Translations under genes and position numbers: made by a program | In this document: one piece after another, positions 1-14,193 of the stretch | How the letters are laid out: each line of letters opens with the position of its first letter | Numbering within the stretch: position 1 is the first letter of the stretch | DNA from: Antedon mediterranea | Taxonomy: Eukaryota > Animalia > Echinodermata | Direction of reading: 5' to 3' | Assembly: GCF_964355755.1 (NCBI RefSeq) | Contig: NC_092678.1 | Span: 17,501,365 to 17,565,364, forward strand | Length of the DNA stretch: 64,000 nt | Notes under the pieces: model-generated | What the model was told of the DNA's origin: nothing | Seen by the model: the letters and a program-made list of their open reading frames with translations, nothing else | The model's database searches: none

Positions 1-526
1 ACAATCTCGTCAATGAAAACACGAAAATGTATATGCACTTACTTATGAAAACGTATACAGTATTATACTCAGTTATTGAAACAGTAGGTTTAAAAGTTTC
101 GTTTGTCTGTAAAATGATGTAATCAAGCTGTTTACATGAGTCTTAATTTATAAGCACATCAATAATAAAATAGTTTATCTATCCTGTAATTGGCGAGATT
201 TTGGTCGCTGTTGAATGAAATAAAGCCAATCGGTATCATATTTGTACAGAAACGTTTTCGCGGCCGAAGGGTGTAACCTAAATTCGTTGTATTATCGTCA
301 AGAACTAACTGTAACTAAACTTACATAGGAAGTAGGGTATCATAAATTTGGCCTTAGCTCTCGGGGGAGTGGCTAAGATGAAGTCCGTGGGACTACTAAA
401 TATACATTGTAATGAACCTCGAGGGACATAAATAGGAATATTTCATGTTTCATTATCAATGTATAATAAATGGAAACTGTTTACCGATTCAAATAATAGA
501 AATTGGTTTTTAACATTTTCCGAACC

Positions 527-2469
527 TATTGCAAGTTTATTCTCAAAGGGCCCATATATTTACCTACCGTATGTGTTAAACCAAGGGCTCATAAATTTAC
601 CTACAGTACTTGTGTTAAACCAAACTCTGGCAGACTGAGAGATTGGGATGTTCCATTCATCGCAAATCAATACATTTGTATAATCGTATATTAAATCTAT
701 CAAAATAGTATTTTTTAAAGAAAATCGGCCAGTCTTCAACATTATGATGGTGTACTCTAGCAATCTATCAAAATAGTATTTTTTAAAGAAAATCGGCCTG
801 TCTTCAACATTATGATGGTGTACTCTAGCTGTTCAACCGGTTTTCAGCTATTAAAAACAATTATCGTAGGAGGAGATAGGAAAATGCGAAGCCTCCTCGC
901 TATGTAACATTAGGGTTGAGGGATGGGAAAGCGGATAGGTACAAAGAGGAACAATTTTCACGCTGCTGCTCTAGCCCGGTACGTCCCATTAGGACTACTC
1001 AATCAGAAGCTAAAGCAAGCAGCAGTTATAGTTCTAAGGACAGACAGTTTTGTGAAAATGGAAACTCCACTATGATTTATTGATTCACAGTAGACCCAAA
1101 AAACGTCTGGGAAAGAGTCTATTAGGACATGTCATGCTAAAATTACAAATCCCTAAGCATTTCTGGTATATTCACTGTCAGATATTCATTGAATTATTAT
1201 CGAAACAGTCCATTAAAGTTTGTGTTTGTAATAGGATACTTCACAATTGAAATATCTAGTGTGATGAAGTGACCCCAGATTTGACCTTAGCAATAAAATT
1301 AACTAAAGTGACAGAAATTGAGTATTCACTTCTGTAACAAAAATATAATATTTATTCACATATAAAAAGAGAAAAGAAACCCAAAAACCATTGTCTGACA
1401 GACAATTTAAGTATTTGTTGCTTTAAATTACATTTTTTTTCAGGTAAAATAACTATTATGTGACAATAAAATGAACACATTAAAAAACATTTGAAATAAA
1501 AAATATTTTTCAATAAGCGAGCAGCGTTTTTTGTAAGAAATATTTCTTGTTAAATATATTCTTTATCCACTGAGTAACGAAATATTTTGTTCATGTTTTA
1601 TAGGCCTATAAATAATATACCTCTAAATACAGTAGGCCTAAAACATTTGCGATTTAATACTTTGTTAAAACTGTCACTGTCATAATCGATTGAAATATTA
1701 AAGTACATGTCACGATACACCACTACGACGTTTATATTTTTGGTAATTATTAATTAATACAAACGTTGAGAAGGAACTGTCAGTATAAATTTTATTTGTA
1801 TATCTAACAGTAGAGCCTATCCACAGTCTCAGTAATAAAGTTTATTTGTATATATTTTTATATTACATCTAACAGTACGAACATTCACAGTAAGAAATGT
1901 TCGATTCAAATGAAAAATAGTTAATAGGTATTTACAGTATTGTCAAAGTATTGCAAGTTTATTCTCAAAGGGCCCATATATTTACCTACCGTATGTGTTC
2001 AAGGGCCCATAAATTTACCTACAGTACTTGTGTTAAACCAAACTCTGGCAGACTGAGAGATTGGGATGTTCCATTCATCGCAAATCAATACATTTGTATA
2101 ATCGTATATTAAATCTATCAAAATAGTATTTTTTAAAGAAAATCGGCCTGTCTTCAACATTATGATGGTGTACTCTAGCTGTTCAACCGGTTTTCAGCTA
2201 TTAAAAACAATTATCGTAGGAGGAGATAGAAAAATGCGAAGCCTCCTCGCATTTTTGTGGCGGGTATTTTTCAAGATGGACATCCATTAGACAGTGTATA
2301 CCACGATCGGAAAACACCCCTATTTGGGGCAAATCATTTAACCTAAATTCGTTTTAATCGTCAATAACTAATTATTTAACTCAATTTAATTAGTAAACAG
2401 GGTTACATCAGGCGGTTAAAATCAGTACCGAAAGTACGAACCAACTTTACATACCATCGAGTGAAAATA
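527..2469 (-). repeat. Rearranged fragments of the repeat family found inside the Helitron at 36219-37911, with a local direct duplication
   Basis: 527-900 is near-identical to 1949-2250. About 1550-2469 and 900-955 are reverse complements of about 36280-37640. There is a small hairpin AAAAATGCGA-N7-TCGCATTTTT at 2230-2256. Confidence 0.75.
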
Positions 2470-3151
2470 AAAACAAATTGTATCAAGAATAAAATTCGGA
2501 ACTACTGTATTTAAGGCCATTGGTTTGTAATACGCTATTCCTTCACTTCAATATATGTAGGCTAAACATTTAAGCAATAGTACAGTGGATATGGAACTTT
2601 GACTTTACTTTTGACTGTAAAATAAAAAACGCTTATAAAAAATTGTGCTGTGTAAATTATTTTGGGTGTTTTTCGTGGTGTATTAATTATTTGATACGTA
2701 GAGATAAAAAAAGTGGATAAAAATCGAATGAAAAACACATTGCTGCGGAAACACGAATTAAGTTTATTTATTTATATTTTATTTTTATTTCACTGGTTTT
2801 GATATTTTGCAATTTTTTTGTAAGGGAGATTTGTTACGTACTTGCTACTTTTGTAATTAAAGTGTGGTCTACCAGAAACCAGTGCTCCTCACGGTTTGTC
2901 TACCTTAATAATTATTCGCATGGCATGATTATTAAGTATAATAAAAGCGTACTTTTCCCGGCCACAATATTTCTTTTTATACATAAGTTGGGGGACCCCT
3001 CAAAAAATAAACATGGATATTCATTAATAATGTTCATAAGCTACGTTAGAAATGAGCTAACAATTCGCTAAATACAAAGGTTTTCTGTCGAGCCGTCTGT
3101 ATAGTCGAGTGGATTAGGCTATGGACTTTACATGTCGATGTAGGCCTATTA

Positions 3152-6100
3152 CTCTAGTAGCTAGATCAACTTATTTCGTATGCACTTTGAGGTCCAGAGA
3201 ATTTTACTTCAGAAATTGGTTTAGGGTGGTCAAACAATCATTTTTGGCTTGGTTACATATTTTGAAAATGTGGCGAAAGGTCAAAAGGTCAGGTCAAAGG
3301 TTATAAGATCAAACACCATTATGTCCTTAAATCGCGACAACCACTGGTCACAGCGAAGTAATTTTGGTCTCAAATTGATCAGAAGGTAGACATTCATATT
3401 CAGTCTAATGAAACATTTTAGTCGAAAATGACCGAAAATGCCATTTTTGAACTTTGACCCATAAACCAGGGCATGTCTGTATCTCCGTAACTATTGGCCG
3501 TAGAGACTTGAATTTTGGCTCAAATTGTTCGAAATATACATTTAGTTATTTGTTACACATTTTGAACAATGTTACAAAAGGTCAAAAGGTAAAGGCCAGG
3601 GGTTATATGAATAAACACAAATAGGTATTTGTATCTCGGCAACCACTGGTCACAGCGAGTAAATTTTGGTCTCAAAATGTTCAGAAGCTATACATTAATA
3701 TTCAGTCTAATGAAACATTTTAGTAAAAAATGACCGGAAATGACATTTCTGACCTTTGACGTACATACCAGGGCATCTTCTTATCTCTGTAAGTACAGGT
3801 CGTAGAAACTCAAATTTAGTATCAAATTGTTAGAAATACACATATTTACATTCATTCTAACAGAAAATTTGGATAAATTAAAAGATGATCATAAATACTA
3901 TTAATTACTAATCTTTTAAATGAAAAACATATCTACCCAACTTATCATTAGACAGTAATGTTATGCAATAATTGATGCCTAATGATTTCATTATACTGTA
4001 GGAATTAAAACAAATCCTTTGCTGTTTGTAATAATTGTAGGCCTACTTTTGCTTATAATAATGCTAGAAATTATTGTTTACCCCCGAACATTTTGAGAAT
4101 GCTAGAAGTAATTTACTGTAGTTACCCGTATAAAAGCCTCGGGCATTTATTTATTCAGGGAAGGCGTTTATTTTGTTGGGTGTAATAATGGTAACATGTA
4201 TAATCAAATAAATACACCCCAGATATATATATATATATATATATAAAATATATATTATATAATAAGAATAATAACGGGATTAAACCTCATTCTATTCTGG
4301 AGGAAGTACAATCATGTAATAAAAGGTATCGGAGACCACAATAATAGACCAAGTCATTGTCATTATTACGTAACACTGTTGCATAATAGTTTTGAATGTC
4401 AACGACAAAACTTATACATATACACGTCTGTTCCCAGTGTAGATAAAAAAACAATATATATTTCTGGAGATTTATTATCAATACCACTAGAAACTTTGAC
4501 ATGTTTTAGGTACTGAATGCATTGACAATAAAAGCATCAGAAGTTTATCATGATAAAATCATACTACAACACTGTACTACAGTACACAAGGGTGTTTTCA
4601 GGAAAGCTGGACATATTGTACAATAGTAATGAAACTATGTATTGGCATTTAAAACTATGCAAAAGATTGTTGTCAAATTGTAGTTACAAACAAATAGATG
4701 ATAGAATGAAGATCCATTATGAGTGCAATCGTGTTAGGATAATGATGTGTCATTGTTTTATATCATTATACTGCAGCTGGCACCTGGAGGTGAAGATCCA
4801 TTTAATGGAATCTATCACTTTTATTTTAAAAGACAGAAACATTTCGTTAAAAAGCATAAAGAGGAAAACGAATCATGTAAAGTACCTTTTATCAGTTGAG
4901 AAACGAAATACAATTATTAATATTAGAGTATTCCTTCAAATAAACGCCACCATTCCCTCAAATAGAACACCATGTGGAATAAACATGCCACATGCATTTA
5001 CACAATAATTGTATCACGTCAACACATTTCATTAACTACCATAATCTACAATTTACCAAGCTTTTTGACATAATTTTATCACTTTTTGATATTAATTGTG
5101 CAGTATTTTTTCCCATCTAGGTGGTATTTATTTGATTATACATGTTACCATATTATACCCCAAATAAAGATGCCTCCTTTCCCCCTAAAAACCATTTTGA
5201 ACAATAAATGCCAGGGGCGTTTAATCGGATACATATGGCAAGTTACTTCTAGCATTCTGAAAAGAACTGTTGAGCTTAACGTTTCTATCAAAATGTCCTC
5301 GGGGACAGCAATAACTAGTACTTGAAATTAAAACAATTTAAAGTATCAGTTATTGCATAACATTACTGTCTAAGGATAAGTTGTGTAGATATGTTTTTTG
5401 TTTGAGACATTAGTAAGAGTATTTCTGTTCATCTTTTAACCACATTTTCTATTACAATGAATGTAAATATGTATATTTCGAACAATTTGATACCAACTTT
5501 AAGTTTCTACGACCTGTACTTTATGAGATATGAAGATGCCCTGGTATGTGAGTCAAAGGTCAGAAATGGCATTTCTTATCATTTTTGACTAAAATGCCCC
5601 ATTAGATGGAATATAAATGCATGCCTTCTGAACATTTTGAGACCAAAATTGACTTGCTGCGACCAGTTGTTGCCGAGATAAAAGTACCTTTTTTATTTGT
5701 TCAAATAACCCTTGACCTTGATCCTTTGACCTTTTGTAACCTTTTTCAAAATGTGTAACAAATAACAAAACATATATTTCGAACAATTTAAAACCAAATT
5801 CAAGTGTCTACGACCAGTAGTTACGGAGATACATACATGCCCTGGGTTGTGGGTCAAAGGTCATAAATGGCATTTCCGGTAATTTTTTACTATAATGTCC
5901 CATTAGACTGAATATAAATGTATACCTTCTGATTAATTTAAGACCAAAATTACCTCGTTGTGACAAGTGGTTGCTGAGATTTAAGGACATATTTATGTTT
6001 GATCTTATGACCTTTCACCTTGACCTTTTGACCTTTCGCCACATTTTCAAAATGTGTAACCAAGCCAAATATGATTGTTTAACCACCCTAAACCAATTTC

Positions 6101-6157
6101 TGAAGTCAAATTCTCTGGACCTCAAAGTGCATACGAAAGTTGATCTAGCTACTAGAG
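3152..6157. mobile_element. Non-autonomous foldback-type DNA transposon with about 1-kb modular TIRs
   Basis: CTCTAGTAGCTAGATCAAC at the left end is matched by GTTGATCTAGCTACTAGAG at the right end, flanked by TA/TA. The arms (about 3152-4200 and 5150-6157) are built of about 150-bp subrepeats with TGACCTTTGA and AAATTGTTCAGAA motifs. No transposase is present and the superfamily is uncertain. Confidence 0.85.
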
Positions 6158-6954
6158 TATATGGGGTTCTTTTTACTTTATAGTGAGAGAGTGATTGTTT
6201 AGAGGGTTAGGTTTAGTTAAATTTAGGAACTTAAGTAGTTCGGCTATCTTTCACATAAGGGGCCCCAACCTTTGTACGAAATAAAAATTTGCTTCCCGGC
6301 ACCTGACAAAATGTTTTTTTTTTTAAACGAACAAATTGTAAACAATTCAATTCGGAACTACTTAAGATTTTTTTATACACGGAGTATTACTATTAATACT
6401 TTGAAATATCTGTAAGCTACAAAATGAAAGCAATACTGGATTTGGGATGCGCTTCAGAAAATGACAACGTGCATTAGCGAGCAGAGATTAAAACTTTTTA
6501 ATGATAAAATATGAATTGGTAAGTTATCGAATTAAGATGTGAAGTATTGGAATAATAACAGTGATTACGGACTCAACACAAAAAGTAGTCGAAATTAGAT
6601 GATGCGCTCGGACACAAACATTTTGGGTGTATTTTTGTTGATATTTGATATTTAGCGGACTGGATTCCTTTTATTTGTGTGTGTGTGTTTTTATTTACAT
6701 TTTTGAAACAATTACACAAAACTATACACCCAACGCTATTTATTTGTTTTGTGGAAAGACGACACCTAGGTTATTTGGATTCGTTTTATTTGTGTGGTTT
6801 TTTTTTTTTTTGTTCATTTACATTTTTTTCCATGTGTTTTTTTTTCTATTTTGTTGTGTGCATTTGTTCGTATCTTTTTTGCTAGTTTTATAATTACATT
6901 GTGGTTTAGTTTTGATTTTTAGCTTTAAACGGTGATACTTAATTAGTACACATG

Positions 6955-7025
6955 TCGCGGATTGAACTCGAACCTACTAAGCATTGATATCAATGGTCAC
7001 GGCGATTTCCTCACTGAGCCAAACC
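6955..7025 (-). mobile_element. Degenerate tRNA-derived SINE head
   Basis: The minus strand has an A-box-like TGGCTCAGTGAGG and a B-box-like GGTTCGAGTTC at tRNA-like spacing, but no intact cloverleaf. Confidence 0.4.
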
Positions 7026-8179
7026 GTGATTTACAAAATACATTCTGCTCCAAGGATAATTCATTAAAATTTCAACGGCGCGATCATTCGATATCGGTTG
7101 ACGAAAGACTGTTTATTTAACGGCCCGGAATGGTATTTGTAGATCCGGCCATGGCGGTACACAACATAGGAGGTTGCGTAGTTTATACAGTGACGTAACA
7201 TGGTTGCTGAGACGTCAAATTACTGTTATTTTTTGCCTTTTTTTAGTGTTTATCCATAAAATTCAGGAAAGTGACATAGCCTGTCGTGTGTGGCCCCTCA
7301 ATAAACATCAGTGTGCCAAATGTGATCACGTACCCTTCAGTGGTTTTTTGAGGAGATTAAAAAAAAATTATTAGCATTATTAATAGATAAGATAGAGATA
7401 TTTCCAAAGGCTCGGACATGTAAGAAGGGCCTTAAAAACTGAATTGCTATATGTTAGACCACATTTCCATAACTTTTCAAAACTCATCGAACCCTGCTAG
7501 TAGGCCTAATTAATAGGAACGTATCGCCTAATCATTATAAAAAAAATATAGCAAGATGTAATTAATCAAACAACGGCCAAAGAATACCAATGATTTTAAT
7601 TTAGTTAATTTAATTACTACGGTGGTGGACTATGCTTAGTTTGAAACTATAGTGACCATTTATTTTAGAAAGAAAGATAGAAAAAGTTGTTTTCATCTCC
7701 ATGTTAATACCAAGGCACAAAGTGTCAATCATTTGACCAGTGAACGATAGTCTTTGAATCCATCCGTAAAACACATTAATCACGCACATCAGTCATTCCG
7801 CTAATGGTTGCGTCTAATCATGCATTCTATTCTATTCAGTTACAATTAGAAAGTTGATCCCTTGACCTATATTATTCAATATCTCTGCCATATTCTGTAA
7901 CCGGCTGTCTGTACCGTCGTACATCTCACCGCACGCAGTTTAGTATGTCTTCCCGAAAAGGGCATCAATATTATGTGTAGGCCTATTGGTCATTTGCCAA
8001 TAATTAAATACGAAATATTATAATATAATATAATATTATTTACATCTGACCACAGAGCCTCGATAGCCAAACCAAACAATATTATAGGACTAAAAGTACA
8101 ACAAAAAAACGTTAACGATTATATTTTCACAGCAATGATTTATTTAAATCAAATATTAATAAATGTTCACACAAAGTAA

Positions 8180-8515
8180 AGCTTGTGGTTCCCACAAGAG
8201 ACGCAATGCAAGGAGGATAGGCCTATAGGTAGAAGCAAAGCAAGTGAGTTGACCAATCACACAAGTGACAGTAGAGTTCAAATAACCCATCGCTTGTAGG
8301 CTAATATTGGTTACATTGTTAACTTTTAATACTGATTTTATGTAAATGCAATACTTTCAGCTTCTGCTGCTTTTTGTATATGTGTTTTTTATACCGAAAA
8401 AAATAAAAGTACATAGGGTGGATGCAAGTAAGTTGACCAATCACAAAATACATCACTTGTGATTGGTCACTAACGTTGCGCTGTGTGCATTGCGTCTCTG
8501 TAGTGGAACCAAGCA
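8180..8515. mobile_element. PIF/Harbinger-type MITE
   Basis: Imperfect TIRs AGCTTGTGGTTCCCACAAGAGACGCAATGCA / TGCATTGCGTCTCTGTAGTGGAACCAAGCA are flanked by TAA on both sides (8177-8179 and 8516-8518). A related partial copy lies at about 27410-27555. Confidence 0.6.
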
Positions 8516-9914
8516 TAATGTACCAAAGCATGCAGTAATACTTTTTTTCACAGAATCTTCACCAGCCTATACATTGATACGGTTATAACAATTAATCACA
8601 ACATGATAAAGCAAACAAAGTTACAGATCGGGGTTGATGAAATATGTCATTATACCGGTACGCGTTTAATTTGTCCATTATAATGTTGTTGTTGTGGACA
8701 GTAAAACACCAATATTTATTTACTTTTATTCAAAAAATTCCAACAGGAACGATGTTCCCACTTACAGGTGATGTTATATAAAAAATAAAATATAAAATAA
8801 TATGTATATACTCAAAAGGCCATTACTCCCATGACGGTATAATAATAATGGACAGGTACGTTCACCAACCCTATGGAAATTACATCATTACATTAAATCA
8901 AAAAATCTTGTATGGTATAATAATTGTAACAATAAAATTCACAACAATTACATTGATATTTTTTAAAAGGCCAAATAAAATAAGTATTTAAGTTTTTTTC
9001 TTTTTTTTTTCTAAGGAAATAATTAGATGAGAATAAAGGCGGCTTCTCTCATATAGTGGACCGACCACAGTGTACACGGCAAGTAAGTAGCCTATACTAC
9101 CGTAATGTTTGTCTATTCGTCAGTATTGGTCATATCCGATATATTTTGGTACCAAAAACGTTAAATGAACGATAGAGGTCATAGGTCAATTATCACTAAA
9201 TTACTGAATTTCCACTATAATAATATATATCTCGTCAGCCAAACAAATCTTGAAGCAGATTCATGTTTATGTTCATGTTAACACATTCGTTATATGCATA
9301 CAGTATTATCAACTAAGGTATTAACATTAACACTTATTTAGCGATATACAATAGATGATAAGCACATAATCAGCGACGCTTCACAAACTGTAATAATATT
9401 ATTTGAAATAAAAAGGTTTTAATTGATTTTTAAATTGTTAATTTATATAGATTATAGTAATCCACATTGTTAATGTTACTTGGCAAATTGCAACGGAAAA
9501 CGAGCGGTCAGCAAATATTTTCGCATAACATCCGTTGCACTGCCAAACCGACCCTCTAGAAAAAGAAGCCTACACTATTTTAAAAATAAGCCAGATAATC
9601 ACAGGGGGCTTTAAATCCATGGTGCCGGGCCTCTTTTCAAGATTACCTTTTCAAAATAAAGAGTGGCTTCTTTTTGATTTGTTATTTTTTGGAGGTGGGC
9701 TTCAATCTTTACGAGGTCGGCTAGCCCACATCAGCTCTTGAAATTTGTTTTTCTTTAAAAAGGAATTTCATCAGTGGGGATCGAGATACAAACAAATAGT
9801 ATTTGTTTTATATGGCCTATGAAATATTCATAATAATAACTTACATTTTAATGCAAAGCGAGTATTAATTATAATAATATAGTATACTTTATCTATCAAA
9901 TATTACTTATAACT

Positions 9915-10790
9915 AATACAATATAACAACACTACAATTCACCAAACAACATCCATGTATAGGTATAATGAAATAAGCCAACATCAATTGAAATATAACA
10001 CATCGTATCTGCCAAATGTTACATAAAACTAATACAATCCACCAAACTACATCAATAAATGTATAGATTATAAAATTAATGAAATAAGCCAACATCAATT
10101 GGAATAAATACTACATTTTATCTACCAAATCTTACAAAAAAAATACAATCCACCAAACTACATCGATACATGTAAAAATGTTATATTAATGAAAAAGCCA
10201 ACATCAATTGAAATAAAACACAACCTTATCTACCAAATCTTACATAAAACTAATACAATCCACCAAACAACATCGATAAATGTATAGGTTATATTAATGA
10301 AATAAGCCAACATCAATTGAAATAAATACTACATTTTATCTACTAAATCTTACATAAAACTAATACAATCCACCAAACTACATCGATAAATGTATAGGTA
10401 TATTAATGAAATAAGCCAACATCAATTCTTACATAAAACTAATACAATTCACCAAACTACATCGATAAATGTATATGTTATATTAATGAAATAAGCCAAC
10501 ATCAATTGAAATATAACTACATTCTATCTACCAAATCTTACAAAACTAATACAATCCACCAAACTACATCCATAAATGTATAGGTATATTAATGAAATAA
10601 GCCAACATCATTTGAAATAAATACTACATTTTATCTACCAAATCTTACATAAAACTAATCCACCAAAGTACTGTAAATCGATAAATGTAAATGTTTAATA
10701 TTAATGAAAAAGCCAACATTATATACACTGAAATAAAACAACAACTTATCTACCAAATCCACCAAACTACAATGTACATCAATAAGTTTA
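9915..10790. repeat. Tandem repeat, about 110-bp unit, about 8 copies
   Basis: ATAAGCCAACATCAATT recurs near 9972, 10083, 10193, 10301, 10410, 10490, 10596 and 10708; one unit is shortened. Confidence 0.9.
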
Positions 10791-13084
10791 ACCGTAAAAC
10801 TTTAAAAAGAAGCTCATGGGCTTCTTCTTTATTAGGGCTCTTGGCTGGGCTTCTTTTCGAGATTACTTTTACAAATGAGAGGGACTTCGAAATGAATTAG
10901 CATGCTGTAATTGTTGTCAATTGCCACTACTGTACAACAATACGTATTTTTTTACATTTTAAATATTTGCAGACAAGAAGAAGATACAATGAAAGTGTCA
11001 ATCCTATCTTTATTGTGTGTTGTGCCTGTGTTTGTATATACTTAACTAACCGTCACACTTCAGTGATTCTATTGTGATGGGTATCAACACAAGCACAGCA
11101 CAACCATATGGTTTATGCAAATTAGACCTAAATATTATGTATACTTGTGCAGTGTTCTTTTGTAATATGTACTTGTTGAGTAGATACAATTACAGCTTAG
11201 CCTGAAGTGGACTGAGGTTTAGAGGCTTAAAGAAGCCTAGAGTTAGAGTGAGGGCTGGATTAAAGGGTTTATTTAGAAGCATGAAGATGCTGAATGACCT
11301 ACAGTAGTAGTATAAGTCTTATGTAGCCCACAGCTCAGCTAGAAAAAGCACGTGTTTGTATTATACTCACTTTATAGGCATATCATTATATCGTTGTAAT
11401 TATGGTATAACCAATGGTTAAGTATTTCTCAAAATAAAGTTTGTTATTTATTTGTAGTAAATCGGATCGATGTATGGATTTACGGATAGAAACAGAAATA
11501 TGGAATTAAAGTCTGCAGTATTGAATATTGTTTTGTGCAGAATTACATGAAGTACGGTAGCATTTGGAAAAAACAATCATTGTACAATAAATATATGATG
11601 CTTGATTGTTGTGATAACGAAGTGTTGTAAGGTCATTAATGCAAAATCGAAAATGCAATAACAAAAACATTTAGAAATCAATAAACTGTAAAAATGATTG
11701 ATATAAACACGATTAAATTATTAGTCTTCGTCTGGAAATTTCAGAGGAAACCTTGTTTTTAAGTTTTACGAGTTGTACACAAAGCGTTATCGACAAACAG
11801 TTTATTTCCGCAACACTTACTTTGGAATTAACGGAATATGCTTTATCGCATTCTCAGTTCAGAAATCAGGAGCCATCGTCTGCAGAAGAAAAAAAACCGT
11901 AAAAACAATTATTAAAAATGGAAAGAAAATGAGTTGTTGTTTCCGATAATCATAATGCGTTTCTTTTCAAACGGGGTAGTGGGATATTCCTGAGGAAATG
12001 ATCGGCCTCGTTTGGGATTGTTACAATTGCCTACATGTTCACATGCAAACTAGGTAGGCCTTAGTGCCAAGCCGGTTTACACTGAGCATTTACACGTCAC
12101 GCGAAAAGATTCGCCAGAAGGTAGACAAAGTTCTATCGATTTTGCGAGTTGCAAATTCACCACTTTAAATTAAAATCCACTGGCGTTCAACACAGGCATG
12201 GGAACGGTGAGACGGAGGGCAATTGACCTCCCAAAACTTAAATCATGGGATGGCAAATAAAAATAGCATTTTAAAGAGATTTCTTTTCAACAACATATTC
12301 TTATAACTCCTTTCGCTCAGCAATACAAACATGATAATATAATAATAACAGCCAGACCGAAACAATGCGCTTGTCGCGAGAAAGAGATTTCTGTAAAATG
12401 CTTCTGAATTTGTAAAACTTAATGGAATTGGTATGAATGTTTTTTTACCGGTCACATTATTGTAACTGCTTAAATATAAAAACTGAAAAAAAACAAACAA
12501 TGTTTGTCTATAATATACAGAGAATATATAGAGAGAGTAGTAGATGTAGGACTTCAGGCCGTAATGTACCCCCAGGGCATATTTCATATTTCTATTGTTT
12601 AATTTCTAGGTATTGTAATGATAATTAGTGAAAGGTCATTCTTTGTACCAGACCGGAAAGGAATGTCATATCCCCAGGGTATATATTATATTTTCTATTG
12701 TTTAATTTCCTGTTATTGTAATATTAATTAGCGAAAGGTCATTCTTTGTTAGAGAAGGGGGTTTGTTATTTTGGCGGGGTTTTCGTTTTGGCCTGGGGTT
12801 ATAATTGTAGTTGGTGATGAATTTGTATTTTAAATATATTAGTGAAGGTAGTTCTTTGTTTGAGGATTGCTATTGTTATTTTTAGGCGGTTTTACCATTG
12901 CATAGGTTGCCTTTGTTTAGTATATCCTAATTTCTTTTGTTCATTGTTCTTTTTGTTTGGTACAATAGTTTTGTTTTTGATATTTTAGAGCCGTTTCTTT
13001 TTAGACATTGTAAGAAGAGGGACTGTTTTTTGTGACCTTTCCAGTTGTTTCGTCTATTTTTACGTGGAGTTACAGTATTTCGCT

Positions 13085-13636
13085 ATGTCTGGAAGTATAG
13101 ATTTTTCGTTAGGTAGCTGTGTAGATACAGTTATAATTATTAGCGATGATGAGGAGACTGTTGTTACAGGTAACGATATCGGTGATCGGTACATGCGGAC
13201 CAATGAGGGTGTACCCGCCGGTGTTGATGAAGGAGTTGAGAGGGGTAGCCGGGCTGCAAGTTGTATATTTACGTACGTAGATGAGGTGGAGAGAGAATTT
13301 TTATTGAAATTGGAATATTTAGCCAGAGAAGTGTTTGTTTCTCAAGTGTTAAACATGTGTTGGATGTTAAGTAAAGCGGCTTGTTATGGTTGCGAATTTG
13401 ATAGGCCTGGTCAAAAAGATCATGACTTCTGCTGTATAAAATCTCCAGAAGAACAGATTGATTATTTTTATCGGGAGGTTCTGGATAAAGAGTATGTTAC
13501 AGACGATACCGTGTATAGTGAGTTGAATAAGTACGAGGAATATTCATTACCACGGTATAGACATTTTGTTTACTTTCTCGTAAATACCTTGACTAATTCA
13601 GAGAACCTGTATAAGTTATTGTGTGAGGATATCTAA
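13085..13636 (+). CDS. Uncharacterised 183-aa element protein with an acidic SIM-like motif and a CxxC-x9-H-x2-C putative Zn site
   Basis: Single uninterrupted ORF; the first ATG is at 13085 (the track starts at GTG 13064). It contains VIIISDDEE and CYGCEFDRPGQKDHDFCC, and the same protein is encoded on the other arm. Confidence 0.75.
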   Translation: MSGSIDFSLGSCVDTVIIISDDEETVVTGNDIGDRYMRTNEGVPAGVDEGVERGSRAASCIFTYVDEVEREFLLKLEYLAREVFVSQVLNMCWMLSKAACYGCEFDRPGQKDHDFCCIKSPEEQIDYFYREVLDKEYVTDDTVYSELNKYEEYSLPRYRHFVYFLVNTLTNSENLYKLLCEDI

Positions 13637-13842
13637 AACGTGTTTCGTACGTGCCACGGAAAAACGATTGACCGGAAAACAAACAATTAACAATGCTTTA
13701 ATCCGCACGCGTTGTAGGGAGACAATTGACAGGAAAAACAATTAATATCGCTTTAGGCTAATTACTGTTAAAAAGCTACTTCCGTACTGAGATGTTACAT
13801 ATATATCGGACCTGGTTCAATCGCAGTTTTAAAGTACCAACG

Positions 13843-14193
13843 ATGACTACCTCCTCGAAGTTATTGGATCCTAGAAAATTTTTCAACGGTCAAACAAACG
13901 ATTTGAGTAAAGCAGCGAAGCCGTCAACAAGTAAAAAATCATTTCACTCTGCCTCAGGAATTAGCGCCATGGATTATGCAGAAATGACCGGTGGTGAACC
14001 AAAGATTCCAATAACTTCAACGAATCGGATTTTTCTGTCTGAAAAACGCCATGTAGTGGCCCAGCGCTGGGGTGAAGTTGTTTATGTATGCCTTAGAGAA
14101 TTTTATCAAAGGGAAGAAAATGGTGCCTTCAAACCTGGACCTCTAGGTATTAATTTCTGCTGTGGCAAAAACTTTTTACCAATATTGATTTAA
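13843..14193 (+). CDS. PC4/Sub1-like ssDNA-binding domain 1; N-terminal part of a frameshifted PC4-PC4-ALKBH2 fusion
   Basis: RIFLSEKRHVVAQRWGEVVYVCLREFYQREENGAFKPGPLGINF matches the PC4 pattern (IREY...KPG.KGI.L). The domain's final helix WQKLFTNID continues in the -1 frame from 14163. The start is probably ATG 13843 (TATA-like at 13800, CAGT at 13824); an upstream ATG exists at 13792. Confidence 0.8.
   Translation: MTTSSKLLDPRKFFNGQTNDLSKAAKPSTSKKSFHSASGISAMDYAEMTGGEPKIPITSTNRIFLSEKRHVVAQRWGEVVYVCLREFYQREENGAFKPGPLGINFCCGKNFLPILI

Noticed and set aside
4550-5008. 152-aa ORF in the centre of the foldback element
   Set aside because: It has no transposase motifs and only faint LRR/LRRCT-like echoes, too weak to call.
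6645-6893. Phe-rich ORFs here and at 18471-18653 and 20114-20408
   Set aside because: They are largely products of T-rich low-complexity tracts.
7700-7830. Minus-strand LRRCT-like remnant
   Set aside because: Multiple stops and missing cysteines; the similarity is subjective.
10989-11045. Signal-peptide-like MKVSILSLLCVVPVFVYT
   Set aside because: It ends in a stop after 18 codons with no supported continuation.
11821-11879. Minus-strand 59-bp segment with strong splice signals
   Set aside because: It has stops in all three frames; it could be non-coding or decayed and cannot be assigned.
13616-13630. LxCxD Rb-binding-like motif (LLCED) in the 183-aa ORF
   Set aside because: It is short, non-canonical and at the extreme C-terminus, so it is likely chance.
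14149-14180. Programmed -1 ribosomal frameshift joining the PC4 domains
   Set aside because: There is no canonical X XXY YYZ heptamer before the conserved Trp, and a -1 slip would still leave the helix two residues short. A small deletion fits better.
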